Assembly (NCBI GenBank): GCA_016124845.1
Contig: WGMW01000003.1
Location: 27,824 to 91,823, forward strand
DNA: 64,000 nucleotides
Direction: 5' to 3'
Origin: Flavobacteriales bacterium
GTDB taxonomy: Bacteria; Bacteroidota; Bacteroidia; UBA10329
Part shown: positions 8,507 through 17,815 of the stretch, one piece after another
Position numbering within the stretch: position 1 is the first letter of the stretch
Layout: each line of letters begins with the position of its first letter
Made by a program: the position numbers and the translations under genes
Notes under the pieces: model-generated
What the model was told of the DNA's origin: nothing
The model's database searches: none
The model's input: only the letters and a program-made list of their open reading frames with translations

Positions 8507-9976
8507 TTAGTTATGAAACTCAAAATCCCCATCCTTCACCTTCTTGGTAGCGCGCATGTAATTGAAAGTGAAATCGGGCCAAACGGAGGTGTTCTTGCCC
8601 GTTTTGGAGATGTACCAACTGTTGCAGCCGCCCACAGCCCACACGGTGGTGGCCAGTTTGCGCTGTATGTCCGCGTTGTAGGTTTGCTGCACTTCGGGCT
8701 TCACATCCAGCGCCTTAGCGTGGTGGCGTTGCAGCGCTTTCAGGCATTCGATGGTGTATTGTACTGCAGCCTCTATCATAATGATCATGCTGGTGTGGCC
8801 CAGTCCCGTGTTGGGGCCAATGAGCATGAACATGTTCGGGAAACCGCTCACCACCGTTCCGAGATACGCTTCGGGGCCGTCCTTCCAAACATCCAGCAGT
8901 TGCTGCCCGTCCTTGCCCGAAACCTTGAACCATGTGGGGAAATCGGCCGCCTCGAACCCTGTGGCGTAAATGATCACATCCACCTTGGTCTCGCGGCCAT
9001 CCTTGCCCAGTAGGCCGCTTTCGGTAATGCGCTCAATGCCTTCGGTGTGCAGTTGCACGTTCTCCTTGGCAATGGCAGGGTAGAACACGTTGGATGGCAG
9101 AATGCGCTTGCAACCGGGACTGTAGTTCGGGGTCAGTTTCTCGCGCAGTTCGGGGTCTTTGATGCCTTTTTTCAAATGACGTTTTCCGATGCCTGCAATG
9201 AGTTTCGTCCATTTCGGATTAAACACGATGAGGTTCACCGTGAATTCGTTCTGCCAATAGATGCGCCAACGGTACAGTTTCTGAACCAACGGAAGGTGTT
9301 TGAAAAGCCACTTTTCGAAGCCTTTCATTTCTCGGTCTGGTTTGGGGATGACCCACGCAGGTGTGCGCTGATAAAGGTGCAGTTCCGCAACGGTATCGAC
9401 TATGTTCGGTACAATTTGAACTGCGCTGGCACCCGTGCCCACCACGGCCACTTTCTTGCCTTTCAAGTCTACGTCATGCCGCCATTTCGAAGAATGGAAA
9501 TGCGGCCCTTTGAAATCATTGATTCCTTCCAAATTCGGGAACACGGGACGGTTGAGCGGCCCCATGCCGTTTATCCACTTGTTGCATTTAAAACTGGTGC
9601 CATCCGCCAAGTTGATAGTCCACTCGGAAGTGGCTGCATCATAATCGCCACCCAGCACCGATTTCCCGTAACGGATGTACGGCTCCAGCCCGTATTTCTG
9701 CACGCAATGCTTGGTGTAATCGTATATCTCTCTGTGATTGGCGAACATGCGGCTCCAGTTCGGATTGGGTTCAAACGAGTAGGAGTAGAGGTGCGAGTGC
9801 ACATCGCAGGCCGCACCCGGATAGGTGTTGTCGCGCCACGTGCCGCCCACATCGTCAGAACGTTCGAGAATCAGGAAATCCTTGAAGCCGTTTTCGAGCA
9901 GTTTGATGCCCATGCAAACGCCCGCAAATCCGGTTCCTACAACTACAATGTCAACTTTCGATGGAAGTTCGTTCAC
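8507..9976 (-). CDS. Baeyer-Villiger / flavin-containing monooxygenase (class B).
   Basis: VVGTGFAGV is the FAD GxGxxG. FKGPHFHSSKWRHD matches the BVMO fingerprint FxGxxxHxxxW. VAVVGTGASAVQ is the second, NADP-binding GxGxxG. Confidence 0.75.
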   Translation of the reverse strand: MNELPSKVDIVVVGTGFAGVCMGIKLLENGFKDFLILERSDDVGGTWRDNTYPGAACDVHSHLYSYSFEPNPNWSRMFANHREIYDYTKHCVQKYGLEPYIRYGKSVLGGDYDAATSEWTINLADGTSFKCNKWINGMGPLNRPVFPNLEGINDFKGPHFHSSKWRHDVDLKGKKVAVVGTGASAVQIVPNIVDTVAELHLYQRTPAWVIPKPDREMKGFEKWLFKHLPLVQKLYRWRIYWQNEFTVNLIVFNPKWTKLIAGIGKRHLKKGIKDPELREKLTPNYSPGCKRILPSNVFYPAIAKENVQLHTEGIERITESGLLGKDGRETKVDVIIYATGFEAADFPTWFKVSGKDGQQLLDVWKDGPEAYLGTVVSGFPNMFMLIGPNTGLGHTSMIIMIEAAVQYTIECLKALQRHHAKALDVKPEVQQTYNADIQRKLATTVWAVGGCNSWYISKTGKNTSVWPDFTFNYMRATKKVKDGDFEFHN

Positions 9977-10008
9977 GTTATTTATTGAACAGATGGGTAC
10001 ATGTGTTT

Positions 10009-10091
10009 AGCCACAGATGCACAGATTGACACTGATTTTCACAGAGAATATTTAATCCGTGTTTTCTGTGAAAATCTGTGCATCTGTGGCT
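10009..10091. repeat. Long palindromic intergenic element from the AGCCACAGA...TCTGTGGCT family.
   Basis: AGCCACAGATGCACAGATTGACAC...GTGAAAATCTGTGCATCTGTGGCT. The two arms are near-perfect reverse complements. Confidence 0.75.
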
Positions 10092-11793
10092 ATAAAATGT
10101 TCTGTTTCTTTTCGGCAGGAGTCAATTCCTGAATCCAAGAATTATCATACGGAACGAATATACCCGAATTGTCGGCTTCTTCTTTGGTGATTTTCGTATC
10201 CACGTAATGCGCCAATACCTTGAACGCAGTTGGTTTCATGTCTTTCAGTACCAGCAACGCGGTGTTCATGCCCGATTTAACGGCTATGGGAACGCCACCG
10301 CCAAGGTCTGCCCAATGGCCACCAAGCCAAAGGTTCTTCACGGGCGTTCTGTGCCCCGCAATTTTGGCCTGCATGTTTGCCTTTCCAGGGCGCGCACCCA
10401 TCAGCGAGCCATCGCGGTTTCCCGTGTAGCGCCAGTGCGTAATAGGCGTTGCGATGTCGCAATACTCAATGTGCGAACGGATGTCCTTGCCGAGTTTCTT
10501 CTCCACGCGGTCAATGAGCACATCTGCATATTCCTGCTTGAATTTCTTGTACGCCTCGCCACGTTTCAGATGACCGTGTTCATCGATTTCCGTCATCCAT
10601 TGCTCATTCTGATGGAACCGTGCGTAGCAGTAAATGGTCATGGTGCCTTTGCCTTTCGGTGCCAATGATGGGTCGCGGAACGAAGGAGCGAGAACGCTGA
10701 TGCCCGCTTTGTGCGGGTCGCCTGCGTTGTGCTCCGTGCGTTTCACATCATCACGCACAATGAAAAGCATGGCGTCATCCAGACCGAGTTCTTCCACAGG
10801 GCAATTCAGTGCTAAGTTGATGGTCACAGCCGAGCTGTAGAGTTCCGCGTCCTTCAGTTTCTTCTTGATGGTGGTTGGAACAGCCGTGTCGGGAAGCATC
10901 TTCTCATACAGCGTTTCCACATCGCAAGCGGCAATGATGTGCTTGGCTTTTACGGTGAATTTCTCGCCTTTTCTGTCGAGGGTGACGCCCTTGGCCTGCC
11001 CATTTTCCAGTTCAATTTTCTCAACCCGATATTGGAAATGAACGTCATTTCCGAGTTTCTCGGTCACGTATTGCAACCACTCAGGAAATACCTGACTTCC
11101 ACCTTTCGGTGGACTCTGATAATCGCTATAATACGCCCATCCGATAGGCACCAACGCAGAAAGCAATTCCTCTTCCGACCCAAAGATTTTCAGCATTTCA
11201 GGGTCTTTGAAGTAGCGCTGCAATCCTTTCACCGTTCCTTCGGGTCCTGTAAAACGGATGTGCTTCAGAAACGCCATTGCGAATTCCAACCGTTGCATGT
11301 TGAAGAAGAATTTCTCCAAGAAACCCATTGTTTCCAACGAACGCGAGAAAGCGGGCAGTCCGTCAAACGACTTTCCTATCTGCTTGGCATCCTTGAAAAA
11401 GCGTTCAATGCCGTCCTTCTCGTGCAGGAACTTGGCAATGAGCTCTGCTTTCAGTTCATCGGGATTGTTGGTGAGATGATAGCTGTACGTATCGCCCACA
11501 TATCGCTTGATGTTCGGCTGAATTTCTGCCACAGGATGGTCGTTTCCAATGAAATCGAAAACGCGGGTTACCAGACCTCGCGGTCCGCACTGGTTCAACC
11601 AATGAATGGCGCTATCAAAACGGAAATCCTTCCTGCGGAAACCTGCCAGATAACCCCCTGGCCGACTGTCCATTTCGAAAACGCCAACGGAAAGTCCAGC
11701 ACGGCTTAGCAGCGCAGCAGAGGTCAGTCCGCTAACGCCCGCACCGATGACAACCACATCGTAGGATGGTTTGATGGGTTGGTGACGCATCAA
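10090..11793 (-). CDS. FAD-dependent oxidoreductase of the phytoene-desaturase (CrtI) / amine-oxidase family.
   Basis: DVVVIGAGVSGLTSAALLSRAGLSVGVFE...PGG is the Rossmann FAD motif. Length 567 aa. Confidence 0.7.
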   Translation of the reverse strand: MMRHQPIKPSYDVVVIGAGVSGLTSAALLSRAGLSVGVFEMDSRPGGYLAGFRRKDFRFDSAIHWLNQCGPRGLVTRVFDFIGNDHPVAEIQPNIKRYVGDTYSYHLTNNPDELKAELIAKFLHEKDGIERFFKDAKQIGKSFDGLPAFSRSLETMGFLEKFFFNMQRLEFAMAFLKHIRFTGPEGTVKGLQRYFKDPEMLKIFGSEEELLSALVPIGWAYYSDYQSPPKGGSQVFPEWLQYVTEKLGNDVHFQYRVEKIELENGQAKGVTLDRKGEKFTVKAKHIIAACDVETLYEKMLPDTAVPTTIKKKLKDAELYSSAVTINLALNCPVEELGLDDAMLFIVRDDVKRTEHNAGDPHKAGISVLAPSFRDPSLAPKGKGTMTIYCYARFHQNEQWMTEIDEHGHLKRGEAYKKFKQEYADVLIDRVEKKLGKDIRSHIEYCDIATPITHWRYTGNRDGSLMGARPGKANMQAKIAGHRTPVKNLWLGGHWADLGGGVPIAVKSGMNTALLVLKDMKPTAFKVLAHYVDTKITKEEADNSGIFVPYDNSWIQELTPAEKKQNIL

Positions 11794-13037
11794 GCTTTGG
11801 CCTTGGCCATCTTTTCAATATCCACCACCTGAGCCAGCGTGCGGATGATGGTGTTGTGCTTGCTCACGAACGGATTTGTCTTGTCCCAAACATAGCCTGC
11901 AAGCACAGAAGTGAGTTGCTTTTTCATCAACGGGTTGATGTTCACGTGGAAGAAGATCTTCTGCAAATTGCCTGTGTACCATTCCTTCACATAGGTTCGG
12001 AAAACGTCAATACCGTATTCCAAAAACTCCACGTAATCTTTCTGCCAATCGACTTGTTCGCCTTTCAGTTGGCGGTCAACCAGCTTAGCAGCGGTAATTC
12101 CAGATTGCGTTGCGAACGCCACACCCGAAGAGAAAACAGGGTCGAGGAACTCGGTGGTGTTTCCTGTAAGCACGTAGCGGTCACCGAAGAAACGGTCGGA
12201 ATGACGCGTGTAATCGCCATGCACTTTCGGTTCGAACATGTAGGTCTTATCCTTGAAACGCTCTGCGAATTTCTTCGACCGCTTGAACATATTATTGAAG
12301 GCCGCATTCACATCGGCACCGTCCTGCGTAAACTCATCGAAGTATTTCTTGTTGCCCACAAAACCAAGCGAAGTAATGCCATTATTGAACGGAATCACCC
12401 ACAGCCAAAGGTCTGTTTCGAGGATGTCGAAAGAGATCTGCATCGGTGTTGGGAACGTGTCGCGCGTATCGTCCAGAAAGTGCGTGTAAGTGGCCATGTT
12501 ACTCGTTGGCGAAACATGTGTTGGAATTTCCAGCATCTTGGCCAGAACGCCACCGTAGCCGCTGCTATCTACCACAAATTGGGCTGTGTAATCCACAGTT
12601 CCAGTTGGTGTGTTGACGTTGAAGCGCACTACATCCTCATCAAAACTCAGGTCGCCAAGCGTGCTCTCATAAAGGATTTCAACGCCTTTCTTTTCGGTTT
12701 CATCTGCCAACGTTTTGTCAAATTCGCCTCGCGGGGCTTGCCAGGCGTAGGTCCAGCCAGGCGTGAAATTATCATCGAACGAAATACGGAATTCAATACC
12801 GTCTCGGATGAAAAGCGCTCCTTCCTTGATTTCGAATTGCTTCTCTTCCAAAGCGGGGAGAAGGCCTGTTTCCTCATAATGTTCCATCGAAATGGGAAGC
12901 AGACTCTCACCGATCACAAAGCGTGGAAACTTGGCGCGTTCCACAATCGTGACCTTGTAACCCTGATTGGCCAAATGCGAAGCGGCCACCGATCCAGATG
13001 GTCCTGCTCCTATGACTAAGACATCAATATTTTTCAT
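11790..13037 (-). CDS. Flavin-dependent halogenase of the tryptophan-halogenase family.
   Basis: VLVIGAGPSGSVAAS is the GxGxxG. TDLWLWVIPFNNG carries the WxWxIP motif diagnostic of flavin halogenases. Confidence 0.7.
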   Translation of the reverse strand: MKNIDVLVIGAGPSGSVAASHLANQGYKVTIVERAKFPRFVIGESLLPISMEHYEETGLLPALEEKQFEIKEGALFIRDGIEFRISFDDNFTPGWTYAWQAPRGEFDKTLADETEKKGVEILYESTLGDLSFDEDVVRFNVNTPTGTVDYTAQFVVDSSGYGGVLAKMLEIPTHVSPTSNMATYTHFLDDTRDTFPTPMQISFDILETDLWLWVIPFNNGITSLGFVGNKKYFDEFTQDGADVNAAFNNMFKRSKKFAERFKDKTYMFEPKVHGDYTRHSDRFFGDRYVLTGNTTEFLDPVFSSGVAFATQSGITAAKLVDRQLKGEQVDWQKDYVEFLEYGIDVFRTYVKEWYTGNLQKIFFHVNINPLMKKQLTSVLAGYVWDKTNPFVSKHNTIIRTLAQVVDIEKMAKAKA

Positions 13038-13049
13038 TTACATGGATTT

Positions 13050-13129
13050 GGCCACAGATGCTCAGATTTTCACTGATTCTGCACAGAAAATTGATCAGAG
13101 AAATCTGTGTAAATCCGTGAATCTGTGGC
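13050..13129. repeat. Long palindromic intergenic element from the AGCCACAGA...TCTGTGGCT family.
   Basis: GGCCACAGATGCTCAGATTTTCAC...GTGAATCTGTGGC. Confidence 0.7.
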
Positions 13130-13139
13130 GTTAAAGTGT

Positions 13140-14654
13140 TCACTCGGTGTCCTTAATTCGTTTTAATAATTGCTTCTTATCCAAAAATTGACTGCATGTG
13201 ACGATTGAACTGATGGTAACACCAAAGATGCCATGCAGGTTCAAATATTGTCCAGTCAACCAAAGGTTGGGGATTTTTGTTTGCGGAGAGATGAAATTCG
13301 TCAGCCCTCTGCGGAAATCTTTTTCGGTTCCGTACATGTTTCCATCATCATTGCCGATGTAATCGCGGAAAGTAAGCGGGGTTGAAGCATGCACACTTTG
13401 AATGCAGTTTCTGATCTCAGGGAAACGCTTTTCAACCGCATCCAATAACTGTTCGGTTTTCTGATGTTTCCAAGCTTCGTAATCGGATGGGCGTTCGTGC
13501 GGGGAAACAATCGTGTTCTGCGAATTCGCCCATTGTTCCACTTCATCAAACCGCATGTAGGTCATGATGGAAATGCCGTCTGCCCATTCATCCGACTTTG
13601 AAGTGGCGGGCGTGCAAAGCAGGTATTGCAACGGCCATTCAGCTTCCGTGTAATCAGGTTTGGCCCAAACATGATTGGAAGTGTGGTGATAAACATTGTA
13701 GTTCAGATACGGGAACGATTGTGGCTTGCAAACGATGTGCACCGAAAAGCTGGAAAGCGTGTGTAGAGCGCGCTGAAACCGATTGTAAAATGACGGTTTG
13801 AAATGCTCCTTTCCGATCATCTGCAACAGCACTTTCGGTTGAATGTTGGAGATGAAATTCTTGCCTTGGAAGGTTTCTCCGTCTTCGGTTTTCGCGGCCG
13901 TGAGTTGACCACTTTCCAGTTCAAAACCGACCACTTTCTTTCTTCGCAGCACTTCACCGCCTTTCTCGCGGATGCGCTTGGAAAGTTCCTTGGCCAATTG
14001 CGAACCGCCATCCACGCAACGGTATGCGCTCAACACATATCCATGCGTGACCAACGCATGAATATAGAGTGGACACTTCTCAGCAGAACCCGCGTAAAGC
14101 AAGTTTGAACCCGCCAGGACTGCCCGTAATTTCGGGTTGAGTGTAAGTCCATCGATCAACTCTTTGGCACCAAGACCCAATAGGCCGATGTCTGTATGGT
14201 CTTGCTCCGAGAATTCAAGTTGATCCAACGGGAACGTGGTCACGGTTTCCTGAATGGTTCGGCTGTAAAGTTGAATGGCTTTTTCTTCATCAGGAAACTC
14301 CTTGATCAATTCGTCTTCGAAAGCTTCCCAAGAACTGGTATGATGGAATTTCGAGCCGTCATCAAAACTTATTTGGTCGAAATGGTTGTCCATCTTCTTC
14401 CATTTCACACTTTCTGTAAGTCCGAAGTATTTGAAGTAGGAGTGAAGTGGTTGGCCTTCGTCCAGCGCGGGCAGATAATGCACGCCTGTATCGAAAACCG
14501 TTTTGTCCCTACTGAAAACCTGTAACGAGCCGCCCAACTGTTGGTTCTTTTCCAGCACACAGATACTGAAACCATGGTCAGCCAAGATGTAAGCACATTG
14601 CAAGCCACCCAGCCCACTACCAATGATCACGAAATCGTACACCTTCTCCGTCAT
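13140..14654 (-). CDS. FAD-dependent oxidoreductase, CrtI / retinol-saturase-like.
   Basis: MTEKVYDFVIIGSGLGGLQCAYILADHGFSICVLEKNQQLGGS. The track extends this to a TTG at 14672. The ATG at 14654 is the more likely start. Confidence 0.7.
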   Translation of the reverse strand: MTEKVYDFVIIGSGLGGLQCAYILADHGFSICVLEKNQQLGGSLQVFSRDKTVFDTGVHYLPALDEGQPLHSYFKYFGLTESVKWKKMDNHFDQISFDDGSKFHHTSSWEAFEDELIKEFPDEEKAIQLYSRTIQETVTTFPLDQLEFSEQDHTDIGLLGLGAKELIDGLTLNPKLRAVLAGSNLLYAGSAEKCPLYIHALVTHGYVLSAYRCVDGGSQLAKELSKRIREKGGEVLRRKKVVGFELESGQLTAAKTEDGETFQGKNFISNIQPKVLLQMIGKEHFKPSFYNRFQRALHTLSSFSVHIVCKPQSFPYLNYNVYHHTSNHVWAKPDYTEAEWPLQYLLCTPATSKSDEWADGISIMTYMRFDEVEQWANSQNTIVSPHERPSDYEAWKHQKTEQLLDAVEKRFPEIRNCIQSVHASTPLTFRDYIGNDDGNMYGTEKDFRRGLTNFISPQTKIPNLWLTGQYLNLHGIFGVTISSIVTCSQFLDKKQLLKRIKDTE

Positions 14655-14766
14655 TCGCTGCGAAGGTCGCAAACGCGCGGTTAATTGGATTACGGTGATT
14701 TACGGATGAGGAAATGAAAAACGTGAAACATGTAATTGAAGTTATCTTTTGAGTTAACTTTGCGGT

Positions 14767-15105
14767 GTGGTAAGGAAAATCATCTTCTTCGAAACGCACT
14801 TTATTGAGTTCTATCAGGAGCAGGACGCGAAGGTGAAAGCCAAGATCCAGTACGTGCTTGAACTGATAAAACAGGTTGACCGCGTGCCAGAGAAATTCCT
14901 GAAACACTTGGAGGGAACGGATGGTCTGTATGAGATACGGGTCGAGTTCCAATCGAACATTTACCGCATCTTCTGTTGTTTTGATGAAGGACGGTTGGTG
15001 ATACACTTCAACGGTTTTCAGAAGAAAACGCAGAAGACACCGAAGAACGAAATTGAAAAGGCGCAGCGTTTGATGCGGCAATATTTTGAACAGAAAAGCA
15101 ATTGA
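14767..15105 (+). CDS. Type II toxin of the RelE/ParE superfamily, Gp49/HigB-like.
   Basis: 112 aa. The FYQEQDAKVKAKIQYVLELIKQ...YEIRVEF...RIFC pattern is typical of the phage Gp49-like killer family. Its end overlaps the start of the downstream XRE gene by 4 bp, so the toxin comes first. Confidence 0.65.
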   Translation: MVRKIIFFETHFIEFYQEQDAKVKAKIQYVLELIKQVDRVPEKFLKHLEGTDGLYEIRVEFQSNIYRIFCCFDEGRLVIHFNGFQKKTQKTPKNEIEKAQRLMRQYFEQKSN

Positions 15106-15407
15106 AAATGGACAGATACGCGAACATCAAGGATTTTGACCAGCTTGTTGAACTCGAACATGGAAAGGTCGGTTCTGAAAGTAGAAACCGCTATGAGGAG
15201 AATGCACAGATGTTCATCATCTCTGAGATGTTGAAGGCTGCACGCAAGGAGGCCAATCTTACGCAAGAGCAATTAGCAGAAAAGACAGGCACCAAGAAGA
15301 GCTACATATCCAAATTGGAGAACGCCAAAGGGAACATTCAACTTTCCACGCTCATCCGCATTTTTGAGCAGGGGCTTAACAAGCGAATTGGGCTTACCTT
15401 TCTGTGA
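15102..15407 (+). CDS. HTH_XRE antitoxin, partner of the upstream toxin.
   Basis: LKAARKEANLTQEQLAEKTGTKKSYISKLENAKGN is a canonical XRE helix-turn-helix. Confidence 0.65.
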   Translation: MKMDRYANIKDFDQLVELEHGKVGSESRNRYEENAQMFIISEMLKAARKEANLTQEQLAEKTGTKKSYISKLENAKGNIQLSTLIRIFEQGLNKRIGLTFL

Positions 15408-15417
15408 TGGTTGGAAT

Positions 15418-15502
15418 AGATGCTGAAACAAGTTCAGCATGACGGCAACGGTTTACCATTAAACTTCTCAGAGTGCGTCAACCTGAACTTGTTTCAGGTT
15501 CT
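15418..15502. repeat. Two-hairpin element.
   Basis: AGATGCTGAAACAAGTTCAGCATGACGG at 15418-15445 and GTCAACCTGAACTTGTTTCAGGTTCT at 15477-15502. Confidence 0.7.
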
Positions 15503-15510
15503 GTTTTTCG

Positions 15511-15632
15511 AGATGTACGCACATTGCAGGCCGCCCAGCCCACTACCGATGATCACGAAATCGTACAGCTTCTCCGTCATTCGCTGCGAAGGTCGCAAAC
15601 GCGCGGTTAATTGGATTACGGTGATTTACTGA
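15511..15632. repeat. Duplicate of the 5' end and upstream region of the oxidoreductase gene at 14586-14705, of about 120 bp. It encodes a truncated MTEKLYDFVIIGSGLGGLQCAYIS peptide.
   Basis: It aligns to 14586-14705 with only a few mismatches. It includes the 36-bp motif AAACGCGCGGTTAATTGGATTACGGTGATTTAC. Confidence 0.75.
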
Positions 15633-15635
15633 CTG

Positions 15636-15968
15636 TCACTTCAACACGTCCGCAATGCTTTCATCCTTATCGAAAACGCTTTTCGCATAAGGACAAAGCG
15701 GCAGGATCTTCTTGTTCTCGCGCCTTGCCTTGGAAACTATGGCGTCCAAAAGTTTTCTCCCAACGCCTTGACCGCGGAACTTGTCTGAAACTTCGGTGTG
15801 ATCGATAATGATCAGATCATCTCCAGCGATGGAGTAGGTCATTGCCGCTTCAGGTTTGCTGAATTCGCCAATGTATGCAGCACCTTTGCTGCCTTGTTCT
15901 TTCAGTAGAATTTCCATGGATAGTTTGACAAGCTTGAAGGTAACACCCGAGTTTGTTTGATGGTTCAA
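15636..15968 (-). CDS. GNAT-family N-acetyltransferase (small, YjdJ-like).
   Basis: The FRGQGVGRKLLDAIV acetyl-CoA binding motif is present. Confidence 0.55.
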   Translation of the reverse strand: MNHQTNSGVTFKLVKLSMEILLKEQGSKGAAYIGEFSKPEAAMTYSIAGDDLIIIDHTEVSDKFRGQGVGRKLLDAIVSKARRENKKILPLCPYAKSVFDKDESIADVLK

Positions 15969-16042
15969 TTTTTCGGAAAGCTGGAAAAAGAAAGCGGCCC
16001 GATGGAATTTCCATCGGATCGCCTATTTCAGTGAGTTCAGAA

Positions 16043-16528
16043 TTACTTCTGTGGGCTCATTTTATTGAACATGTAGCGGGCAATTTTCCATTCGCCATTA
16101 ACTTTTTCGAACACGAAAAGCTCGCGGTTTTCTTCTGGAACGGTCTGTCCAAGTGCGTGTATCAGGGTTGTTCCTTTGGATGTAGTTGTGGCAAACGCAA
16201 AGTTGTTCTCTACGGTGATCTCCTCGATGAAGAATTCAATGTTCAGCTGAATTTGCGAGAACACGAATTCATATGCCTTTCTGATATTCTCCGTTCCGTT
16301 GGCAGATGGCGCTTCGGATGGCATGAACACGCCATCTTTCGCATAAAGGCTGGTTGAAAGTTCAGCGTTGGAGGTGTTCAGAGAGGTCTTGTACACTTCC
16401 AGAAGTTGTTCAATCTGTTGTTTGTCTTGTTTTTCCATTGTTGCTGTGTTTTGAGGATTTGACGTTTCGGTTTTTGAGTTACATGCGATGAGTGCCATCG
16501 CGATAATGATTGCTGAGAAATACTTCAT
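16043..16528 (-). CDS. Lipoprotein with an NTF2/SnoaL-like (DUF4440-like) fold.
   Basis: The lipobox ALIACNS is present. The ORF is 161 aa. Confidence 0.45.
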   Translation of the reverse strand: MKYFSAIIIAMALIACNSKTETSNPQNTATMEKQDKQQIEQLLEVYKTSLNTSNAELSTSLYAKDGVFMPSEAPSANGTENIRKAYEFVFSQIQLNIEFFIEEITVENNFAFATTTSKGTTLIHALGQTVPEENRELFVFEKVNGEWKIARYMFNKMSPQK

Positions 16529-16615
16529 GGCGTTTTGTTTTTGGTTCGATACAAAGGTGAACCATGCGAGGCAGCCCCACCCATAAGGTTGATTAAGAAA
16601 TGGTCTTAATGTAGA

Positions 16616-17209
16616 TTAAGATTTGCCATTGCCGAGCACGGTTTCCTTCCGGATCTTACTCAGAAACTCGGGCGTTACGCCAATGTAAGAGGCGATCTGA
16701 ACGTTGGAAATGCGGTTGAAAAGATGCGGATGGTTTTCGAGGAAATCGAGATACCGTTCTTCGGCTGACGAACTGATGTTCTGAAGCACACGCTTCTGAA
16801 GGGCCACAAACGCATCCTCGATCATCACGCGGAAGTTGCGGTCAAACTTGGGGTAGTTGACGTAGAAATGGAGCAGGTCGGGTCGCTCGATCTGAATGAC
16901 CACCGAATTCTCGATGGCTTCGATGTAAAGTTCGCTTGGCTTTTCGGTGTGGAAACTGCCAATGTCGCAGATCCACTCATTCTCAATGGCAAACTGAAGG
17001 TTGTGTTCCTTGCCCGTTCCGTCCACCTTGTACATGCGGAAACAGCCTTCCACCACAAACGTGTAGCGCGTGCAGATATCACCTTCCTGAAGAATGAACT
17101 GGCGTCTTTTTATCCGTCTTTCCGTAGCACGTTTTTCCAACTCCTCAATTTCCTGCTTTTCCAATGGCAGGTAATTAGACAACTGATCGATGACGGGTTG
17201 AAGGTTCAT
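16616..17209 (-). CDS. Crp/Fnr-family transcriptional regulator.
   Basis: An N-terminal cNMP-binding beta-roll and a C-terminal HTH (ASYIGVTPEFLSKIRK). The likely start is MNLQPV at 17209. The track starts at 17239. Confidence 0.7.
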   Translation of the reverse strand: MNLQPVIDQLSNYLPLEKQEIEELEKRATERRIKRRQFILQEGDICTRYTFVVEGCFRMYKVDGTGKEHNLQFAIENEWICDIGSFHTEKPSELYIEAIENSVVIQIERPDLLHFYVNYPKFDRNFRVMIEDAFVALQKRVLQNISSSAEERYLDFLENHPHLFNRISNVQIASYIGVTPEFLSKIRKETVLGNGKS

Positions 17210-17269
17210 TTCGCTTTCCTCAAAACGAAAGTAACACAAGTCAAATTTGGAAACGCGCGGTTAATTGGA

Positions 17270-17776
17270 TTACGGTGATTTACGGAGGGTTTGAGCAAAG
17301 TCAAAATATGTCAGTAGTAGCGTTAACAAAACTATACCCGTGATGAAGGCGAGATGATGAGTAATATTCCTTACCGTCAAACTCAAATGTTTTCTAACAG
17401 TTTTTCCAAAAACGAGAACGAGGAATATTGTGAAGAATAAACAAAGAATTGTAATATAGATTTCCCCATAAGAAATCAGGAAGTCAGCCAAATTTTGACT
17501 TGGCTGAGGATTAGTTTTGTTAAGAACAGAGATTGCCCTGTACAGGTAGAACACCTGAGGGTAAACTGATATCCAAAGTCCGATTTTAACTCTTCTCAGG
17601 ATAAGTGCTAAACCCAAAACCATGAGAAGAATTGGAAACAATTTCTCCAGAAACATAAAATCGGTTGCATCAAAATAACGCAGGTAATGTGTTGATAGAA
17701 TGAGGCTGTTCCCAATTGATACAATCAACCCTGAAATGGCTAAAGGAATTACCACTATGAAATTGGTCGCTCTCAT
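17270..17776 (-). CDS. Hypothetical integral membrane protein of 168 aa with about 5 transmembrane segments.
   Basis: Several hydrophobic helices. The TGTTACTTTCGTTTTG motif lies 12 bp upstream of the start. Confidence 0.5.
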   Translation of the reverse strand: MRATNFIVVIPLAISGLIVSIGNSLILSTHYLRYFDATDFMFLEKLFPILLMVLGLALILRRVKIGLWISVYPQVFYLYRAISVLNKTNPQPSQNLADFLISYGEIYITILCLFFTIFLVLVFGKTVRKHLSLTVRNITHHLAFITGIVLLTLLLTYFDFAQTLRKSP

Positions 17777-17815
17777 TTTTCCCTCCCCAAAACGAAAGTA
17801 ACACTCGAATTTGCT

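Noticed and set aside
9047-9988. Long plus-strand ORF of 313 aa. Also 11856..13019 (387 aa), 10207..10668, 10939..11709, 51809..52765 (-), 56827..57504 (-), 57588..58100 (-), 38244..38947 (-) and 8513..9013 (+).
   Set aside because: They are antisense to well-supported enzyme genes. They have high Arg/His content and no motifs.
16616-17239. Extended Crp/Fnr start MCYFRFEESE at 17239.
   Set aside because: The extension is encoded by the conserved 16-bp upstream motif. The downstream ATG at 17209 (MNLQPV) is the more plausible start.
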